The translations under genes and the position numbers were made by a program. The notes beneath the pieces are model-generated. The model ran no database searches. It saw only the letters and a list, made by a program, of their open reading frames with translations, and was not told the DNA's origin. Positions 23,796-25,032 of a stretch of 25,032 nt of DNA are shown here, piece after piece. Within the stretch, counting starts at the first letter, position 1; each line of letters starts with the position of its first letter. The stretch spans positions 1 to 25,032 of the IMG/VR virus record IMGVR_UViG_3300005805_000454; one strand, 5' to 3'. Origin of the DNA: a virus (lineage: Duplodnaviria; Caudoviricetes).

Positions 23796-23801
23796 GCAGG
23801 C

Positions 23802-24077
23802 ATGGCGATCACCCACCGCGGCGAGCAGTTCGCCGGCTACAACAAACCGAAGCGCACCCCGAAGCACCCCACCAAGTCCCATGTGGTGCTGGCGAAGGAG
23901 GGCGAGCAGGTGCGCCTGATCCGGTTCGGGCAGCAGGGCGTCAGCGGCAGCCCCGCCAGGAAGGGCGAGAGCAAGGCGGCGAAGACCAGGCGGGCGAGCT
24001 TCAAGGCCCGGCACGCGAAGAACATCGCCAAGGGGAAGATGAGCGCGGCATGGTGGAGCTCGACGACGAAGTGGTGA
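23802..24077 (+). CDS. Small basic phage hypothetical protein
   Basis: MAITHRGEQFAGYNKPKRTPKHPTKSHVVLAKEG...LIRFGQQG...SFKARHAKNIAKGKMSAAWWS, 91 aa. GC3-rich codons start at 23802. Confidence 0.85.
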   Translation: MAITHRGEQFAGYNKPKRTPKHPTKSHVVLAKEGEQVRLIRFGQQGVSGSPARKGESKAAKTRRASFKARHAKNIAKGKMSAAWWSSTTKW

Positions 24078-24533
24078 TCACCCCCGCAGCTGCGCCAGCC
24101 AGACGTTCCGCAACCGCTCGCCCACGTCGTAGGTGACGACCCCCGGCACGTTCTCCTGCCCCAGCACAGCGCGGGTCCAGGGGCGCGGGGGCAGATAGAC
24201 CCGATCGGCGTCGCGGTTGCCCCAGGGATAGATCCAGGCCCCCTCGTGGACGGCGGTGGCATAGTCGGCCGACCACTTGAATGTGGCCTGGTAAGGGCCG
24301 GTCATCCGGTAGCTGCCGGTCTGCCGCAGGTTCCCGGTGTCGATGATGTTCCGGGGGCTGCCGGCGGTGCCCTTGGTGCGCTGCGTTTCCCTCGGCCACT
24401 CCCACGACTGCGCCGTGAACGACTGCTGGAGTGCGGCGAACAGCTCCCCCATCACGATCTGCGACGCCCGGCGGGCAGCCTGCTCGGCCCGGGCCCTGAT
24501 GTTCCCGCTGCGGACCGTGACCCTGATGCTCAT
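24078..24533 (-). CDS. HK97 gp10-like neck / virion morphogenesis protein
   Basis: PRNIIDTGNLRQT...W.ADYATAVHEG......PPRPW motifs. Confidence 0.8.
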   Translation of the reverse strand: MSIRVTVRSGNIRARAEQAARRASQIVMGELFAALQQSFTAQSWEWPRETQRTKGTAGSPRNIIDTGNLRQTGSYRMTGPYQATFKWSADYATAVHEGAWIYPWGNRDADRVYLPPRPWTRAVLGQENVPGVVTYDVGERLRNVWLAQLRG

Positions 24534-24940
24534 CCTGCTGCCTGCAGCTCGATGCGGATCCGATCGCCGATCTCAGCCCGCACCAGGCTGCCGATCCCAC
24601 CAGGCCCGTAGGGATCCGCCAGCGCGAGGATCGTGGCGCGGCCCTGCTGCCCGGGCGTGGCCGTGGTGGGCAGCACCGTGAGGTCGCCCAGGTAGCCGGT
24701 GCCCTCCAGCCCCGCGAGCAGCCCCGGCGGAGCCTGGCCGGTGTCGTTCCAGCTGAACGCACTGGAGGCCGCCAGCCAGCTGGAGTTTGCCGGTAGCGTC
24801 GCCCATGCCGTGATGTACCCCGAGAGCGTGCGGCTGCGCGGGTCGATGCTGGGGAGGTCCGCCGCAGCGATCGTCTCGCCCTTGGCGAAGCACTGCAGCA
24901 CCCAGCTGGCGGTGGCCGCCGGCACGCCGGATCGGAAGTT
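24530..24940 (-). CDS. Phage structural hypothetical protein, native 5' end apparently missing
   Basis: ATGA overlap with the downstream gene and phage-like codons. The N-terminal ~30 codons of ORF 24530..25024 are kinase-like and probably foreign. Confidence 0.65.
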   Translation of the reverse strand, partial: NFRSGVPAATASWVLQCFAKGETIAAADLPSIDPRSRTLSGYITAWATLPANSSWLAASSAFSWNDTGQAPPGLLAGLEGTGYLGDLTVLPTTATPGQQGRATILALADPYGPGGIGSLVRAEIGDRIRIELQAAG

Positions 24941-25032
24941 CGCAGCTGCTTGTGCCTCGCGCCTAAAGCGCTCGACGAATGCGGGGTCAGTTGCAAATTC
25001 CGGAAACAATACCTTCATTGCCACGGGGCGGT
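24938..25032 (-). other. Fragment of a PknB-like Ser/Thr protein kinase (subdomains II-III)
   Basis: RPVAMKVLFPEFATDPAFVERFRREAQAAAN contains the VAxK catalytic lysine and the RFRRE alphaC motif. DNA is AT-richer than the adjacent phage sequence. Confidence 0.8.

Larger units (their letters stand above)
1..24940. mobile_element. Temperate siphovirus-like phage (probable cyanophage), partial genome with intact attP
   Basis: Integrase, excisionase-like HTH, major capsid, scaffold, tape measure, tail tube and G/GT chaperones. The nblA-like gene suggests a phycobilisome-containing host. Confidence 0.95.

Noticed and set aside
23379-23801. N-terminal part of the 232-aa + ORF
   Set aside because: Antisense to the basic protein. 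The real gene probably starts at ATG 23802 after the motif.
1-25032. tRNA, rRNA, CRISPR array, reverse transcriptase or defence genes
   Set aside because: None recognised by eye. A tRNAscan/Infernal/HMM run would be needed to exclude them formally.

Overview
Nearly the whole window is a GC-rich temperate siphovirus-type phage, probably infecting Cyanobium/Synechococcus (inferred mainly from an nblA-like gene). A + strand early operon (328-3118) has small hypothetical genes, Gp157, an excisionase-like HTH and a stand-alone RNA polymerase alpha-CTD-like protein. It converges on a tyrosine integrase next to an intact lambda-like attP (4147-4369), so this looks like the unintegrated form. A - strand virion module follows, in unusual order: neck, basic protein, G/GT tail chaperones with a GGGAAAG -1 frameshift, tail tube, tape measure, tail tip, then scaffold, major capsid, collagen fibre and a CLec-like protein. 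Three small genes are inserted antisense: nblA-like, AP2-like and a basic hypothetical. An 8-bp motif GGAAA(C/G/A)CT sits 5-28 nt upstream of 12 start codons and behaves like a phage-specific promoter, some copies giving leaderless mRNAs. A branched RNA structure with repeated GGCGUGAUGCC hairpins links the scaffold and capsid leaders. The last ~95 bp encode a PknB-like kinase fragment, probably an assembly chimera. All protein assignments come from motif recognition by eye; no searches were run.
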